Part shown: positions 14,514-28,483 of the stretch, piece by piece
How positions within the stretch are numbered: the stretch's first letter is position 1
Layout of the letters: every line of letters begins with the position of its first letter
Origin: Paramecium tetraurelia
Taxonomy: Eukaryota
DNA: 64,000 nucleotides
Direction of reading: 5' to 3'
Assembly (NCBI GenBank): GCA_000165425.1
Contig: CT868507.1
Coordinates: 62,001-126,000 of the forward strand
Translations under genes and position numbers: made by a program
The notes under the pieces: model-generated
The model's input: only the letters and a program-made list of their open reading frames with translations
What the model was told of the DNA's origin: nothing
Database searches by the model: none

Positions 14514-15589
14514 TCAAATAAATGATATAGAATCACCTGGACCAAAGAGAATGGCAACTGGATATAATTTCTTAGATGGGTCAATAAGTTTCATTGTGTA
14601 TTTCTCATTCTTATTGGATTCCTTGAAGAATGTGAATGATTATGATTGGGCATCATAGTAACAAACAACTGAATCTGCTTTGTCAAATGAAAGTGGTTTG
14701 ATTTTGGTGTTATTGATGGCTGGATCATCGCTGTGGTAAATGACACCAGTGTTATGAAGTGCATAGAAACCGTGTCCTTTGGAGAAGTCGTAGATTTGAT
14801 ACTGCATGGTCTTGCTTGCTTCTAAGGACCCAAATCCAACTAAACCGTATGATAGATTCTAAGGAATATGTATTTATAGATTACATTAACTAAGAAAGAG
14901 CATTTGAAGCTTTCTTTTGAGGGATCAAAGCTTTGCTCACTATAAATGACAGCATATCCTATTTACTATGTGAGTGTTGCTGTCCTGCCTTCATTCAACT
15001 GAATATGCTTATGTTTATTGACCTCGGAAAATTTCAGTTCTTCCTTGAACTAATCTACTGAAAGCTTAGATAGATTTTATCTGATTTTTTTTGTATACTC
15101 AGTAGTTAAAATATTGATCTAAGAAAGTAATTAAGAGATTTGCATTTCCATCTTTGACTTGATTTGTTGGTCAATTCCAACGATCATATTGTTCTGAATT
15201 TCATATTGATTGAGTAGAATTTTGAGGACAGGTAATTCCTCTGAATCTAGAGTCATCAATTAATCGATTGATAAATTGAAACCAAGTTAATTTTTGTTTA
15301 GCATTTCAATTTTGGCATCAATCATTTCTGTGAGCTCAGCCAATTAGAATCGGTTGGCTATCAATTGCTATTTAACCGAATTGAATTCAAGATTTTGTCT
15401 TTTGATGTTTTCTTGATCAGAAATAAAGGACTGTAAGGAATTCAGAGACACGACTTTGTGTTCGTGCACATTATGCGCTTCCTTGATGCATAGAGGACAG
15501 CATTGAGTATTGGCAACACAATAGGAATCAACACAAATAGCAGATAGTTTTTCTCCCTTATGGATTTAGCATTCAATTTTGCAAATCAT
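14514..15589 (-). CDS. B-box-type zinc finger + coiled coil + probable SPRY/B30.2-like beta domain
   Basis: N-terminus CQIHKGEKLSAICVDSYCVANTQCCPLCIKEAHNVHEH; coiled middle; beta-rich C-terminus ending KKLYPVAILFGPGDSISFI-TGA, resembling SPRY C-termini. Confidence 0.7.
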
Positions 15590-15963
15590 AATGTATATAA
15601 AATTAATTTTATTCATTTTTATAAAGAATTAAATGGATTTCAATTCATTTTTGATGTTATAATGATGAAATCAACATCCTTTAAAGAGTATTTAATAAAC
15701 ATGACTTCGCATTAGTTTTCTGTTTTAAAGGCTTTTACTCATTAATAATAAGGAGAGGAGCTAGATGTAAAACTAAGTAAAAAGTCACTGTTTTGAATTT
15801 AATATTAAGTCTTATTCATCCCTAACAAATAAATCTGGCTATTATATAAAATAATCAAATTATACAACCAGAATTTTTAATAAATGCTTGATTTTTAAAA
15901 TATTTAAGAATCTTATTGAATTTTATAGACTATACAAAATTTGTAACAAATATAGTTAGTTAT

Positions 15964-16374
15964 TCAGTCAAAATGATGTGGTTCAATATTGTCATTTAGT
16001 AATTGATCTTTATTTTCGAAAGAGTAGGTGCGTATGATTTTTCGACTTCCTCTTTTGAGTAAAGGGTTGTTTGAAATGTTGAATTCATTGTCCTCATCCT
16101 TCTATAGTTTTCTTTCCAGGACAATTTCATCATTCGGATTAGGTGATTTATCATTTTAAATTGTAAAACTATTTTTAGTGAGTTTTATTTACTTGGCGAT
16201 TCGTTATAACTTTAAAAGCGGGTCAGTTTTCATCTGAAGACCTAGCCCTTTTAAGTATTGGACGATTTCTCGTTCTTTTTTCAATATGGTTTTTTTCTTT
16301 GAATCTTTGCACTGATACAATTACAGAAACTCCTCCAAACTATCTTTAGAATTTAAGGACACGTACGAAAGCAT
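15964..16374 (-). CDS. Small hypothetical protein (~128 aa)
   Basis: ATG 16374, one 24-nt intron (GTAAAT...AATAG), open in ciliate code to TGA at 15964. Confidence 0.6.
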
Positions 16375-16472
16375 AATTATTTGATGTAAAATTTATTTTT
16401 GGGAACTGATTATAGACTTATTTAAATTGTATATAAATCGATATATATACTAGACAATAATAAAATTAATTT

Positions 16473-17255
16473 TCAAACCTGTTAGTATTATTAGGCAAAA
16501 CTAAGATCTTAAGATATTTCATCTACTTTCTTTCTCAAAACAATCAAGACCTACATAATGAAACATACGTTTACTTATTTTACGATATCAACGGCTTTCA
16601 ATTACCCAGCACTTTCAACAGTGAAGATATATTTATTTTTTTATGTTGCATTTTATCAATCTTGGTTTCTTCATGGATTTAGCCTATGTATTATACGCAT
16701 GGTGTTACACTACGAATGCATTCTTCACAGAACACACACTTTTCAATAGCATAGACAATAAGTTCTTAATTGGCATCCATGGCAAAAACATTCACGGGAC
16801 AAGAATCTCTGATTGACTGTTTTTCAAAAAGTGACAAGGATTGTGCTTAGACATGATCGATAATGAGTTCTGCATAAGATTTATTTTTAAATTATAACCG
16901 CTTCATGCCTGAATGTTGCTATGTTGATAGGAGTTCATTTAACATGCATTTTACCAAAGCCTTTGAGTGCATGACAACGAACATGAACAGATTGATTCTT
17001 TCCTAACCTTGTAATGGGAATGCCAACTTCTTTGCCGTTGACTAACGAAAACATTCTGACAGGTCTAATAGCCATTTCACCCATTTATCCAAATTCAGGT
17101 TCAAGATGCTGACTCTTAATTTCTAAGTGAGCATCATTCAGGTTTTTTATCTCAATGTAAAGACAGCTTAGTTTTCTGATCATCAATGGAATCAGCATCT
17201 GCTCCCCAATCGTATGCTAAGAGTTATGTTCAAAATTGTACTTGTAATTGTACAT
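16473..17255 (-). pseudogene. RPB3: RNA polymerase II subunit RPB3 pseudogene
   Basis: IPITRLGKNQSVHVRCHALKGFGKMHVK*TPINIATF has TGA (16935-16937) at the conserved Trp of HAKW. Also CPVNVF...CVFCEEC and YIFTVESAGQLKAVDIV. At least two frameshifts, and the N-terminal domain is largely missing. Confidence 0.8.
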
Positions 17256-17297
17256 TAATAGGAATTATTTATTATATTTAATATATACCATGTTTAT

Positions 17298-18718
17298 TCA
17301 TTCATTCATTTTCTCGCAATTACAAGAATTTCCTTTTGTGAAACCATAAACATATGAAATTCAATACACAATAAGCAAGTAAGAAAGATCCAAATATATT
17401 TACACTAATTAATTAAATATTGATTTAAAGTGCCTGGAATGTTGGGAATACTCATCACAACAGTGAAGAAGTAGAAACTCCAACAGTAAATCCAGTTGCA
17501 CAATTGGAGTACGTTCTTATTCTCAACATACTCAGATCCACAATAAGAGAAGGTCAGGACTTGGACAGCTGAGATTAGTAATCCTGACATAAAATTGAAA
17601 GTATAGACCAAGCTATTCTTATCATTGTTGGTCTCATCTGCTTCACCAACAATCCTTAATTAATACAATCAAATTTACTGATAATATATAGGTTGTCGCT
17701 CCAAAAATCTGCAATGCCATTAACAAATTTAAGTAGCTGTAGGAATAGGAAAGCAAGCCAATCAGGATTCCTCCCAAGAATTATCCAATCCCATGAATGC
17801 TGAGATTGGTAACTAAGGCAGGTTTCAAATATTAGACATTCGTATAGTTTGGTTCGATCATATCCTACGAGTACACTACACTGAAGGCAGCGAACATCCC
17901 AATGGAAATGATGGTAGGGATTAAATACACAAATTGAGGGTACTGCTTAGGTATTTTCCAAATTAGCCTAAATTGATTGCCATATTCGTTATTATTAGCA
18001 TAATTCTTTTAATTGTCATCATCCATCAATGAACCATACAAATGCTCGTTTAATTTCTATTCTAAATCAATGCTTTGTTTGGTTGCTGACTTTGACAATG
18101 AGTCTGGTTCTTTGATGAACCAATATAGGAATGTTATGAGCAAGGATACTCCAAGCATGGGATAATAGAAGTATTGATTGTATTCGAACATCTTCCCTTC
18201 AAAGATCACATAAATATCGCCGATGAGGTTTTGCATACTGAATAATGAGTAAGCAACGCCGAAGTAGATGCCTACATTGACTTTATTCGACATGCTACGA
18301 ATATAGTAATTGAATGCGCAATAGAAGATGGCCATAAAGGGGGCTGAGATAGCCTCGAATATAAGGATTGTTGCAATTAAGTAAATGTCTTTGGGTTTTT
18401 GTTCAATGACAACGATGTACAGAGTCATGCTAAAGATATTGGCTAGACTGGTGATAAAAAACACTGCTCTGAATCAAATATTATTGGATACTTGTAGGTG
18501 AGTTTCAGGATCAGCTTCTAAAAGAATGGCAATGACAAGGGGCCAAGCAAAAAAACGAGGCTGAATATGCCCAATGAAACTGAGTTTATTACTTTGTCGT
18601 CTATCTTGAGAATATTTGAGAAGAGCACAGTCCGACACAATCCTATGGCTCCCAAATAGCAGACTGTGATCATGCAAGTGTAGGTAAGAGAACATAATTT
18701 ATCTCTTTTTTCGGACAT
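17298..18718 (-). CDS. Multi-pass membrane protein, probable MFS/UNC-93-like transporter
   Basis: Two blocks of hydrophobic helices separated by a polar loop (KEPDSLSKSATKQSIDLE); ATG 18718, TGA 17298. Confidence 0.65.
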
Positions 18719-18810
18719 TTATAATAAAATATGATATTATTATTATTAATATTGATCAAATTAAATAATAATCTCTCTGTATGACTGAATTCATTTGAAA
18801 ATTTATTAAC

Positions 18811-19161
18811 TCATGATTGCTATAGGCTTTTCCTTTTTTGAATTATTGAGTTCTCATTCGACGAAAGAACAGGAACTTTTCGATGGGTATTAAACAAGGA
18901 ATCGAAAACCAATTTGTAGGTTTTTGTTGGTTTTTCAGAGAGCAATTGTATTGGGACTTCTCTCTGTACGAAAGTACGTTTCTCCTTTTCTTAAGCCATC
19001 TGATCGGCGTCATTCGATATTTCATCTAACAGCAATTAGTCGGCATCAAGATATATAGACTTCATTTGTTGAATCTAAGATTTATAACTTAATTGTGGTT
19101 CTGAGGTGAGGGTGTTATCTTTTTGATCGGAAATGGATCTGTTTGAAGTGCAAATTCCCAT
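18811..19161 (-). CDS. Small protein (116 aa) with N-terminal acylation motif
   Basis: Intronless ciliate-code ORF MGICTSNRS...RKSLQQS-TGA; G2/C4/S6 pattern. Confidence 0.65.
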
Positions 19162-19411
19162 AAGAGTGAGATTGAGTAAAAATTAAATTAATGTATAAAA
19201 TGGAATCAATAGGATTGAATTTACAATGTGATTATTGGCTGTTTAGAACTGCCAACAGTATTGATTGCTTTTTTCGTGATGTTTGTACCACGAGGACAGT
19301 TTAAATTACTTATAAGTATATTTTAATTATAATTGATCAAGGGGATTAGTGTATAAAAGCGTAGTTTAAAACTTCATAATGTGAAAATCTGAAGGTATAT
19401 TAAATTATATT

Positions 19412-22400
19412 ATGAATCAATTAAATCAGGTAGCTGATGCGGAGAATTACGGATATAATTCACAACAGCCAAGGAGATACGTCAAAACCGCTTCCTATAG
19501 TGAGCTTTATTACGATTTGGAGAAAATCAAGAGGTTCGAGGATGGATACGAAATAGTAGAATTAAATGATGCAATGCATCTAGGCAAGTCTTCCTAATTG
19601 CACACATGTAGCCATCACATCTAAATTAAGTTTAATCTACTAAATGGATGGAGTACCTGTCCGAACTCGAGATCGAGTTAAAAGCAATTCTCTACGAAAG
19701 AGCACTCATCGTCCCTGACCTAAACCAATATGTCAACAAGCGTCTCCAGCCGATGATAGAAGCCCTTCTCGATAAAGTGTATTGACCTTCTTTCTAACTA
19801 GTTTGATTGAGATCAGCAGATTAAAGATCTAGTGTTACATCAATGAGATCCTTTTCCTCATTCAAAGAGTGTGTCTCAAGCTCTGGAAGGAACAGCCTCA
19901 GATTTCCTTGACTCTCTTAAAACGACTGCATTAAAACCAATCCAATTCTCTCTACGATAGTAGAATTAGAGATATAAGTGCGTACATAGATGCATTGAAT
20001 GACTTCTACGGCGAGCGATTGCAAAATGGAGTAAGTTCTGAGGCTGAGGGCTATGACAATAGCTATTTCACAGAACCCTACAATTCCAAGACCTTCTATC
20101 CTCTCAGGGGCGAAATCTTGGATTACAACAAAATGAGTCAGGATGTGTTCACCTTCTCTCCATTCCAAAGATTGCAAATTCATTACTTCTACAAGAATGG
20201 GGGTTTTGCTCTCTTGGATGATGCCATTAGGAATTTCAATCTAAATAATCTGGACATCTTATCGCTCTTCCACTATCTCAATTTCTATTTAGATAAGTAG
20301 AAATACTTGAATTACTTCCATCATTTGGAGTTCCAGAATCTGGCATTCAAATTAACAGAAGAGGAAATCAAGAATACTAATAGAGACACCATCAAAAAGT
20401 TGACTGATGGGATCGAGAACATGTTTGATCAATTTAACAACTCTGCCTAGAAGAAAGAGTTGAGTGCCTTGGCTGAAATGAGTGTGTACTTGCAATGTTT
20501 CCGTTGCACAGCCTTGGAGAAGAGAATCTATGGTAACTAATTGTTAAACTAATTTAAGGATTGCAACAGTTTTGCGATAAAATCAATACTGCTCAGTCAA
20601 ATGAATATATGGGTCAGCAGCAATATGGTACAAATGACGAATGGTATAAGAACGACAACGTACTCAAATATATGGTAGATAATCAAGTATTCTAAGAGTT
20701 ATTTGGAGAGAAAGCTCACTTTGAATTGATTAAGAGAAGTTTCCCAATCATTCAATTTCTATATTTGCATAACAAACTAAGCAAGGATGACATCTTGAGC
20801 ATTCTCAGATTAGGAAAGGGCAAACACGAAACTTGGGATAATATGATCTCCAAATTACTCACAGATCTAGCAGAAATCTTATAATTAGAAGATGTAGAAA
20901 CCATGATTCAAAATATCTAGTAGAGTCAGATAGATTAAAATGGACTCAATTTCATCAAAAGTCTGGGGAGAAACAAATATCTGAGATAGGATCCAGAGAA
21001 TTAGAATAAAGGAATCGGAAATAATAATGAGAAATTTGGAAAGCCAAATGAGAGAGTAGGTGGAAAGAGGAAGTATTAACAATATGAAACTGACAGTAAA
21101 GAAATAGAATCATTTAATTGTTAAATGCAGTATCCAAAAATGGGATAATTTAATGATGAAACTGAAACTAAGGAAATAGAATAATATAAAAATGAAAATA
21201 TACAGTAATTTGATAATGAGAAAGCTATCAAATTGAAATCCCAAATTGTAGAATTCTTGTTGAACATCGTTCATGAATAACCAAAAAGTGAAATTGGTCA
21301 GTCAGCCTTCACAATAGCTATCAATTTGATTTGTCATCAATTCAAAGCACTCAGATAGTAGTATTTATTGCATGGATTCTCAAATTTGATTGCTCAAGAG
21401 TAACCATTGCCAGTGTGTAATTACATCACTGTATTATAAAAGATCATTTCATCATCCTATCCTTTGGATGAATTTACTAACTCTAAAGATGTGTTGAAAT
21501 GGATCTAAGATAAATATGATATTAAATTGAACTTCTTGAGAGTGATGGGAAGAGAAAAGTTGAAATTGCTTAAAAGGGAAAGCAAGGATTACTTATAAAC
21601 AATTGATCAGTTGGTTAAATTTTATCAATTTCTTCATTAAGATTCGAAAATCACAAAACCTTAACTGATTTTATTGTGGAAATTATTGGTCGAAAATGCA
21701 AGATGTGCAGAGGAGAGAGATCTCTTTTTCAATTGGGTAGGAGATGTCAATAAGAAGTTCTTAGATCAAGAAGCCATAGAGTTTTTGTTCATTTCAACAA
21801 TCAAGTGTGCATCTCTAAGTTAATCAATGTTGTAGTGTTTGACGAATGTGATTCTCTATTTCAATGTTCAATATAAGGTAATGAAGTTGCAGTATGATCA
21901 ATATACAATTGTGGATGCCGACATTATTGGGTTGTAAGCATTATGGAAGATCTTCAAGCAGCAAGAGAATTTGGGCCCTAAATTATAGGAATTCTTCATA
22001 AGACTATTGAGATTCAAACAATCATAGACTATTTTAAATCAATTGAAATAGCAATACTTAGTGCAATTGTTCAATTAAATTAACAACCCCAATTCTCTAT
22101 CATTCATAATCAAATTATTAGAGGAGTTTGAAGGGTATCAATTGGCTGAATAGGGGGAGAAGGTATTTGTGACCATTGATAATAAATACATGAATGCCAT
22201 GCCTCCTAAGAGATAGGACATTCAATTGCTGAGTGGATTGTCTGTATTATAAGCCAAACAGATAATTGGATAGAAATTGAACCCTTCTTTGAAACCAGAC
22301 GAATTCGACATCTTTTGTAGAGGAATTCTATTTGATGACAACAAATCGCTCAAAGATTATAAGGTGAACTAGAAATTGACTTTTGTAATATCAAAGCGAG

Positions 22401-25400
22401 AACACTTGACAGATGAAGTCACTGCCTATAATAGTACAACCAATTAGATCGCTAATGAATACGTGCCAAATGATTCAGATGAGAGAGTGCAAGAGATTAT
22501 AAATATAGTGTAAATACAAGACAGAGATTTCATAGTTTCTGTGTTGAAGGAAAAGAATTGGCAAGTAGACAATGCTATTTGCGATATTTTGGATCGTGGA
22601 GAACAATTGCTTTAGGAATACTAGTAGAAGAATCCGCAGGTTAAGAAATAATAGAAGCCTGCGATGAAACAATAAATCGATGAGATTTCATTTGCATCAT
22701 TAATCTCGAATAATTATGTTGATTAGTTATTCATACTACTTAATGAAGGGGATCCTGAGTAGAACACTAAGATTTGGTCTATCTTGCAAATGATTCCCAG
22801 GAATAAAGAAGTCTACGAGTTGATTGAGTAATCATAAAAGGATTGGTTTAATCTCTTGATGGTAGACAACAGATACAAATTATAGTATCACTTGTAAATA
22901 CTAAAGGAACAATTGCAATGCGATTTCATTGAAGATTAAGATGAGTATGAAAAGAGAAAGGCATTAAGAGAGAACTTCCTCCTTTATGGTGGTTTGAAGT
23001 TACTGCTATTTCAATTGGAAAACTCGATTGAAATTTTGATCATCATTTTGGATATATTCTAAATTTACTTCTAAGCATACTCAATGAGTAGATTGATGTA
23101 GAATTAGAATGAATTCCTTTAACTCTTAAAATTGAAGCAAGCTGTGCAATAGAAGGATGAAGATCCTAAACTAAGTAGTTTATTGAGTATTCAACTATAG
23201 AAGTAAGAGAAACCCAACATCTAAGGATTTGATGAAGCCCATCTTCTCTAACAATTGTTCTATAATTGCGAATTAGAAGTAGAGTGGAAAGTACTGTTAG
23301 AAACCCTGATCCACAATATTGGAGTTGAATAGATATACACCAACATCCTATGTATCCTATATATGAGACCCGAATTGCTGGAAGTTGAATTGCCCATCAA
23401 AAGGTTGGTTGAATTGCTTACTAGTCCAAATGAGGAACAGCGAAAGATGACAGCCTATTTCATCCTAACTCTTCAAGATATTGGTAAGAGAAACGGTGTG
23501 AATCTCAGCAATGATATTCTGAAGGCCTTAATTAAGGGAGAAACCTAACACGATGAATTGTATCTGGTGATTGCTGGATTGATTGGGTAGGTGAATGATC
23601 TGACCTTCTTTGATACTCATCAATTGGCTTAATAGATTATTTCATTGATTTCAAATAGGGAAATTATTGAGTAGAGATTCACTGAAAATGAGGATAAGCT
23701 ATTGTAAGGCAATTTGTTACTATTGACTTCTTTGGTGTAGGTTGACAAAAACATCAAGGTGAGCACGGAATTTACAAAATACTTATACAAATGTTTGTTT
23801 GATATGAATAATGATTACTACCAATATCCTGTTTATAAAAGAAAACTAACAAGAAAGAGAGTATTCTAATTACTATTGGAATTGTGTACAGATGAGAATC
23901 ATCTCCAGTTGATATTGCTTCTGATTCAAAACAATCACAAATTGAAGTTTGATGTCAATGAGGTAGAATTGGATTTGGGAGTTAAAGGTTCACATGGTTT
24001 CGTAGGATTACGCAATCTGGGAGCTACTTGCTACATTAATTCCCTGCTACAATAATTCTATATGAATGTACCCTTCCGGAAAGGAATCTTAAATGGGCAG
24101 ATCATGATCACTGAGATGAAGGCTCCTCTCATCTTTGACAAAATCAGTGCGATTGACTCCCCTATTTTGCAACGAAAATTAGCAGATCATACTTTACACC
24201 AATTGCAATTATTGTTCATTGAACTCCAAGAATCTGTGAAGTAGTATACCAATCCACATCAATTAATCAAGACTTTGAAGGGATACGACGGGGAAGTCAT
24301 CAATGTTCTTATTCAATAGGATTGCAATGAATTCTTTAACCTAATTACTGATAAATTAGAACAAGATTAGAAATTCACCAATTAATCCAATTTAATACAT
24401 TAAATTTTAGGTGGTACCTTAGTAAATGAAATTAAATCACTAGAGCCAGAGTATGATTTTAGGAGGGAAAATGAAGAACCATTCCTGACTGTCTCAGTGG
24501 ATATCAAAAATAAGAAATGTCTTGAGGAAGCATTAGATTTGTTTGTTAAGGGGGATGTTCTTGATGGCGAGAATAAGTACTTATGTGAAGAGGTCTAGAG
24601 AAAGATTGATGTCTAAAAGAGATAATACCTTAAGAAACTACCCAATACATTCATCTTCCATTTAAAGCGATTTGAATTTGATTACAATACAATGTTGAGG
24701 ATTAAGATCAACGATTACTTTGAATTCCCTCAGGAGATCAATATGTTTAAGTGGACACGCGATCACATTGTAGAGAATTTGGAAGTTGAAGATTAGAGTG
24801 ATTACATGTACATCCTCAAAGGAGTTTTGGTTCACGTTGGTAGTGCAGAAGGAGGACATTACTATTCATTTATTAGAGATGTCGATAAGTGGTATGAGTT
24901 TAATGATAAGGTGATTTGTCCATTTAAGATTGAGAATCTCAAAACTGAATGCTTTGGAGGGGCCAATAACAACCTTTCAGAATGGGGGATGAATAATAGT
25001 AAGAATGCATACATCTTATTCTATGAGAAGGTTAAGCATAACATTCCTGAACAACTATACATGAAAGGTCCGAATGAGGAACTCTTGACTCAATAAGTAA
25101 TTAATGAGAACACTGAATATTTGAAGAATCAGTTATTTTGTACTTAAGATTATTTGAAGTTCATCCAAAATTTTGTGTAGGCCTTGTAGATCAAGACTCC
25201 TTATAAAGTGACTCAATTATTATCTAAAGAAAGCAATTTAGGTGAATTGGACAGCCTTCCTTCATTTAGAATAATTAAACTATTCACTTTCTTTACTTAT
25301 GAAATTTTACTAAGGAACAAAGATCAATAGATGTTTTAATATAACATCTAGTTATTGAGTGACTTGTACAAATAAGAACCAGCTGCCAATTTCTGGTTTT

Positions 25401-26711
25401 TAGATTTATTACGAAATCACAAGTAATTGATCATTGATTTATTGATTGAATCATCTTATCCAGATGTTAGAAACGCCTTTGCATAATTGATCATCCAATC
25501 GATCACCATAATTGTTGAGCATGAACAATACTACTTATTTGAAGACTCATGCATAGCCCGATTCCTTCAGTTCTACATACAATAACTCTTAGGAATAGTG
25601 AAGAATACCCTTAGAAGAGGAACAGAGTACTTCTAAGTCATCAAATACATTTTGGTGCACAACCAACATTTGGTGAAACACTTCTATCAACAAGAATACT
25701 TCAAATAGGTTTACTCGTTATTATAGGACTAAGTTTCAGCAGTGCAGACGGGTACATCATTTAAGTTGATGTAATTGTAAACGAACAACACTGACTAGCC
25801 ATTGATGGTGATCTGCGATATTATTGCTAAAGTGATAATGAGTTGCAGGACTTAGAAGATGATTGATTTGAAGGAGGATGCTCCAACCTACTTATTCAAA
25901 GGACAGAAGGAAATGGATATTGATTAGTACTGGTTGTAGAGATTGTTGGAGAGTGATGATTTCAAGAAGTACATCTTGGCCATGATTCAATTCCAGTCCA
26001 ATTTGATTGATATGATCAAACACATTTGTTGGAAGGATGACATCACCAGTTATCATATTATGACTTTGATAGTGTCCCAAATGTTAGACTATTATTCAGA
26101 TTGGCAATATTTGGATCCACTTTCCTAGACTATCGAATAATTGCTTAAAATGAATGATGGATATGTGGAAATCCGTCTGCAAGCTCTCTTATGTGAACCC
26201 TTTAAGATATCATCCACCTCATCCTGTGTTAAGGGCACTTCAATACTGAATGCCATTCGATCACAATATGACATGGACAAGAATTACAGTTTTTGTATGA
26301 TAGCAATACTTGCGAATTTGGCAACTCAAGTCAACTATGTTGGGGAATACTTCAAGAATAACAGGGATCAATTCGAATACTTGCTTTAGAAGGCTAGAGA
26401 TCACAAGAACATCATGTATGGATTGTACTTCCCAACCATGAAGATCTAGAGGTCGATTCAATAGGTAATTTGATCATCGTATGTCTTAGTTATCGGCAAT
26501 ATTTGAAGAGGCTGAAAAACCAACAATTCAGATCTGCATTCCAAAGTAAAATTAGACAGTTCAAGAGGAGCCTGAACCTGAAGACTCCGATATTCAGGTG
26601 ACTCATCTGATCGAGCAAAATAAGACCAATTATACTTAGACTAAAGAGGACTCGATGGACAATAACGATCCATCGGATAGAGAGAATCCAGCTGATCAAT
26701 TATCAGAATGA
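19412..26711 (+). CDS. Large ubiquitin-specific protease (USP9X/USP24/USP34-like) with ubiquitin-like and UBA-like domains
   Basis: Cys box GFVGLRNLGATCYINSLLQQ (~24000-24060); QQDCNEF; FHLKRFEFD; His box LKGVLVHVGSAEGGHYYSFIR...WYEFND...AYILFYEK. UBA-like ERVQEIINIVQIQDRDFIVSVLKEKNWQVDNAICDILD at ~22480-22600. 5' exon structure uncertain. Confidence 0.9.
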
Positions 26712-26730
26712 ATAATAATATATTAATTAA

Positions 26731-28444
26731 ATGGCATCAGCTTTCCCTAAATTACCAGGCTTCGTGCCCACCTAGGAGATCGATGTAACCCTTACTTAAT
26801 AATATTACTAGAAACCAAACTTCAGGAAGGTCTCATCAAACAAACAGGAACAAAATAGAGAAGTCAATCATTTACCCAATAAAGAATATGCTGTACCTCG
26901 TAAATAACCAATTCAAATACCACCATAATCAGGAATGTTCAATCCTGATTATATGAGTACAACTCATGCAATGCATCTTCCCAAAGTAAAATAACAGTTA
27001 CATCGTAGAATGCCAACAATGATTCTGAGGAATTATACTAACCAAGCTGGGTCAAAATGGATAGACATGTCCTACGATTCAGTGGTTACTTCAAAGAAGC
27101 AGTCGTCGAATCTGCACTTGAGAATTATCGTATTCGCAAGATTACAATCTTTTATTATCTTGAAGATCATTCACTGAGTATAACTGAACCAAAATAAGAA
27201 AACAGTGGTGTTCCCCAAGGAGCATTCCTTAAAAGATAGAAGGTACTCTCTCCCCATCTAATAATAGGTATTAAGAGCAGATGATTCAAAGACCTTCATA
27301 CTTCCTGAAGACTTCAGAATCAATCAAGATATCATCATCTTTGGAAAAACCATTCGTCTTTTTGATTGCGATCAATACACCAGAGAGTTCTACTAAGTAA
27401 TCTCAATCCTTATCTCTAGTTATAAGGAATACCTTAGGAACCCTCCTTTGTGCCTCAATCAGACTCATTTGAAACCAAAACTATGACTAAATTCGTACCT
27501 TAAAAAGACACAGTCATGAAAGATTACTTAGAACACAAATTAGGAGGTGGTAAAGTTACTTCTCAAAAGTAATTCTTAGAAAATGACAGAAAGGTTTGAT
27601 TCTAATTTTATAATCATTAGGTCCTTAAATTCTATGTGTTTTCAGACATCGAATATATTCTTCACTATTATTTGGCTGATGACACCATTGAAATCAAAGA
27701 AATCAATTCAGCCAATTCAGGAAGAGTCCCATTCCCTATGATGTTGAGGAGGTAAAAACTGCCCAGGAAATTCTCGCTCAATCAACCCGGATAAACATAT
27801 GCTGAGGATTTCATTAGACCACAAGATATCTAATATGGATAAGCACTCATTATCTATAATCGCAAATTCCTCATCAAAGGGTGTGATCAATTCACTAGAT
27901 ACTACTATTTTGAAAAATTCAATGTCGATTTCCCTTTAGGAGGTCAAGAAGAGTATGTTCAATAAGAACGATCGAGTATTTTCTATTTATCATTTAGACA
28001 TTATTATCCCTCCACACAATGGAATTGGAGATGAGTAGGATTCTCTTGGATACATCTACAGATTATAACCCATACCTCCAAAGAAGGATTTCTTCAAATG
28101 GGTTGATAACCAAGTCAATCTCAGATTCCTAGCCATGTTCAATACTACCAAACCTGAAGACAAGGACAGAGTTTTTGTAATCACATTCTTTTTAAACGAT
28201 GATAGTCTGTTGGTATATGAACCTACCGTTAGAAATTCAGGTAATTTAACCCATACTTATTTTAGGTATTCCTGATGGGAAGTTCTTGGAAAAAAGGAAG
28301 TATAAGAATGTGAATAATAATAACGAATTCTTTACTCCAGGAGATCTGATTGTAGGGAATGAAGTGTAAATAAATGGATGGAGATTTCAATTGTTGGATT
28401 GTGATGAATTCACTAAAAAATGGTATTCTGAGAACTTTAAATGA
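26731..28444 (+). CDS. RIB72: RIB72/EFHC1-family ciliary microtubule inner protein, three DM10 domains, no C-terminal EF-hand (RIB72B-like)
   Basis: WVKMDRHVLRFSGYFKEAVVES...[40 protein letters not shown]...YYLADDTIEIKE; IPPHNGIGDEQDSLG; FVITFFLNDDSLLVYEPTVRNSGIPDGKFL. Several tiny introns. Confidence 0.9.
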
Positions 28445-28483
28445 ACATATAAATAAATTCATCCCGTATTTATTATTATATAT

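Noticed and set aside
16935..16937. UGA-as-Trp recoding or readthrough suggested by TGA at the conserved Trp of RPB3
   Set aside because: The same gene has frameshifts and a truncation; the intact genes I read use TGG for Trp and TGA only as stop; the SCP2 internal TGA is at a probable Gly position. Simple nonsense mutations fit better.
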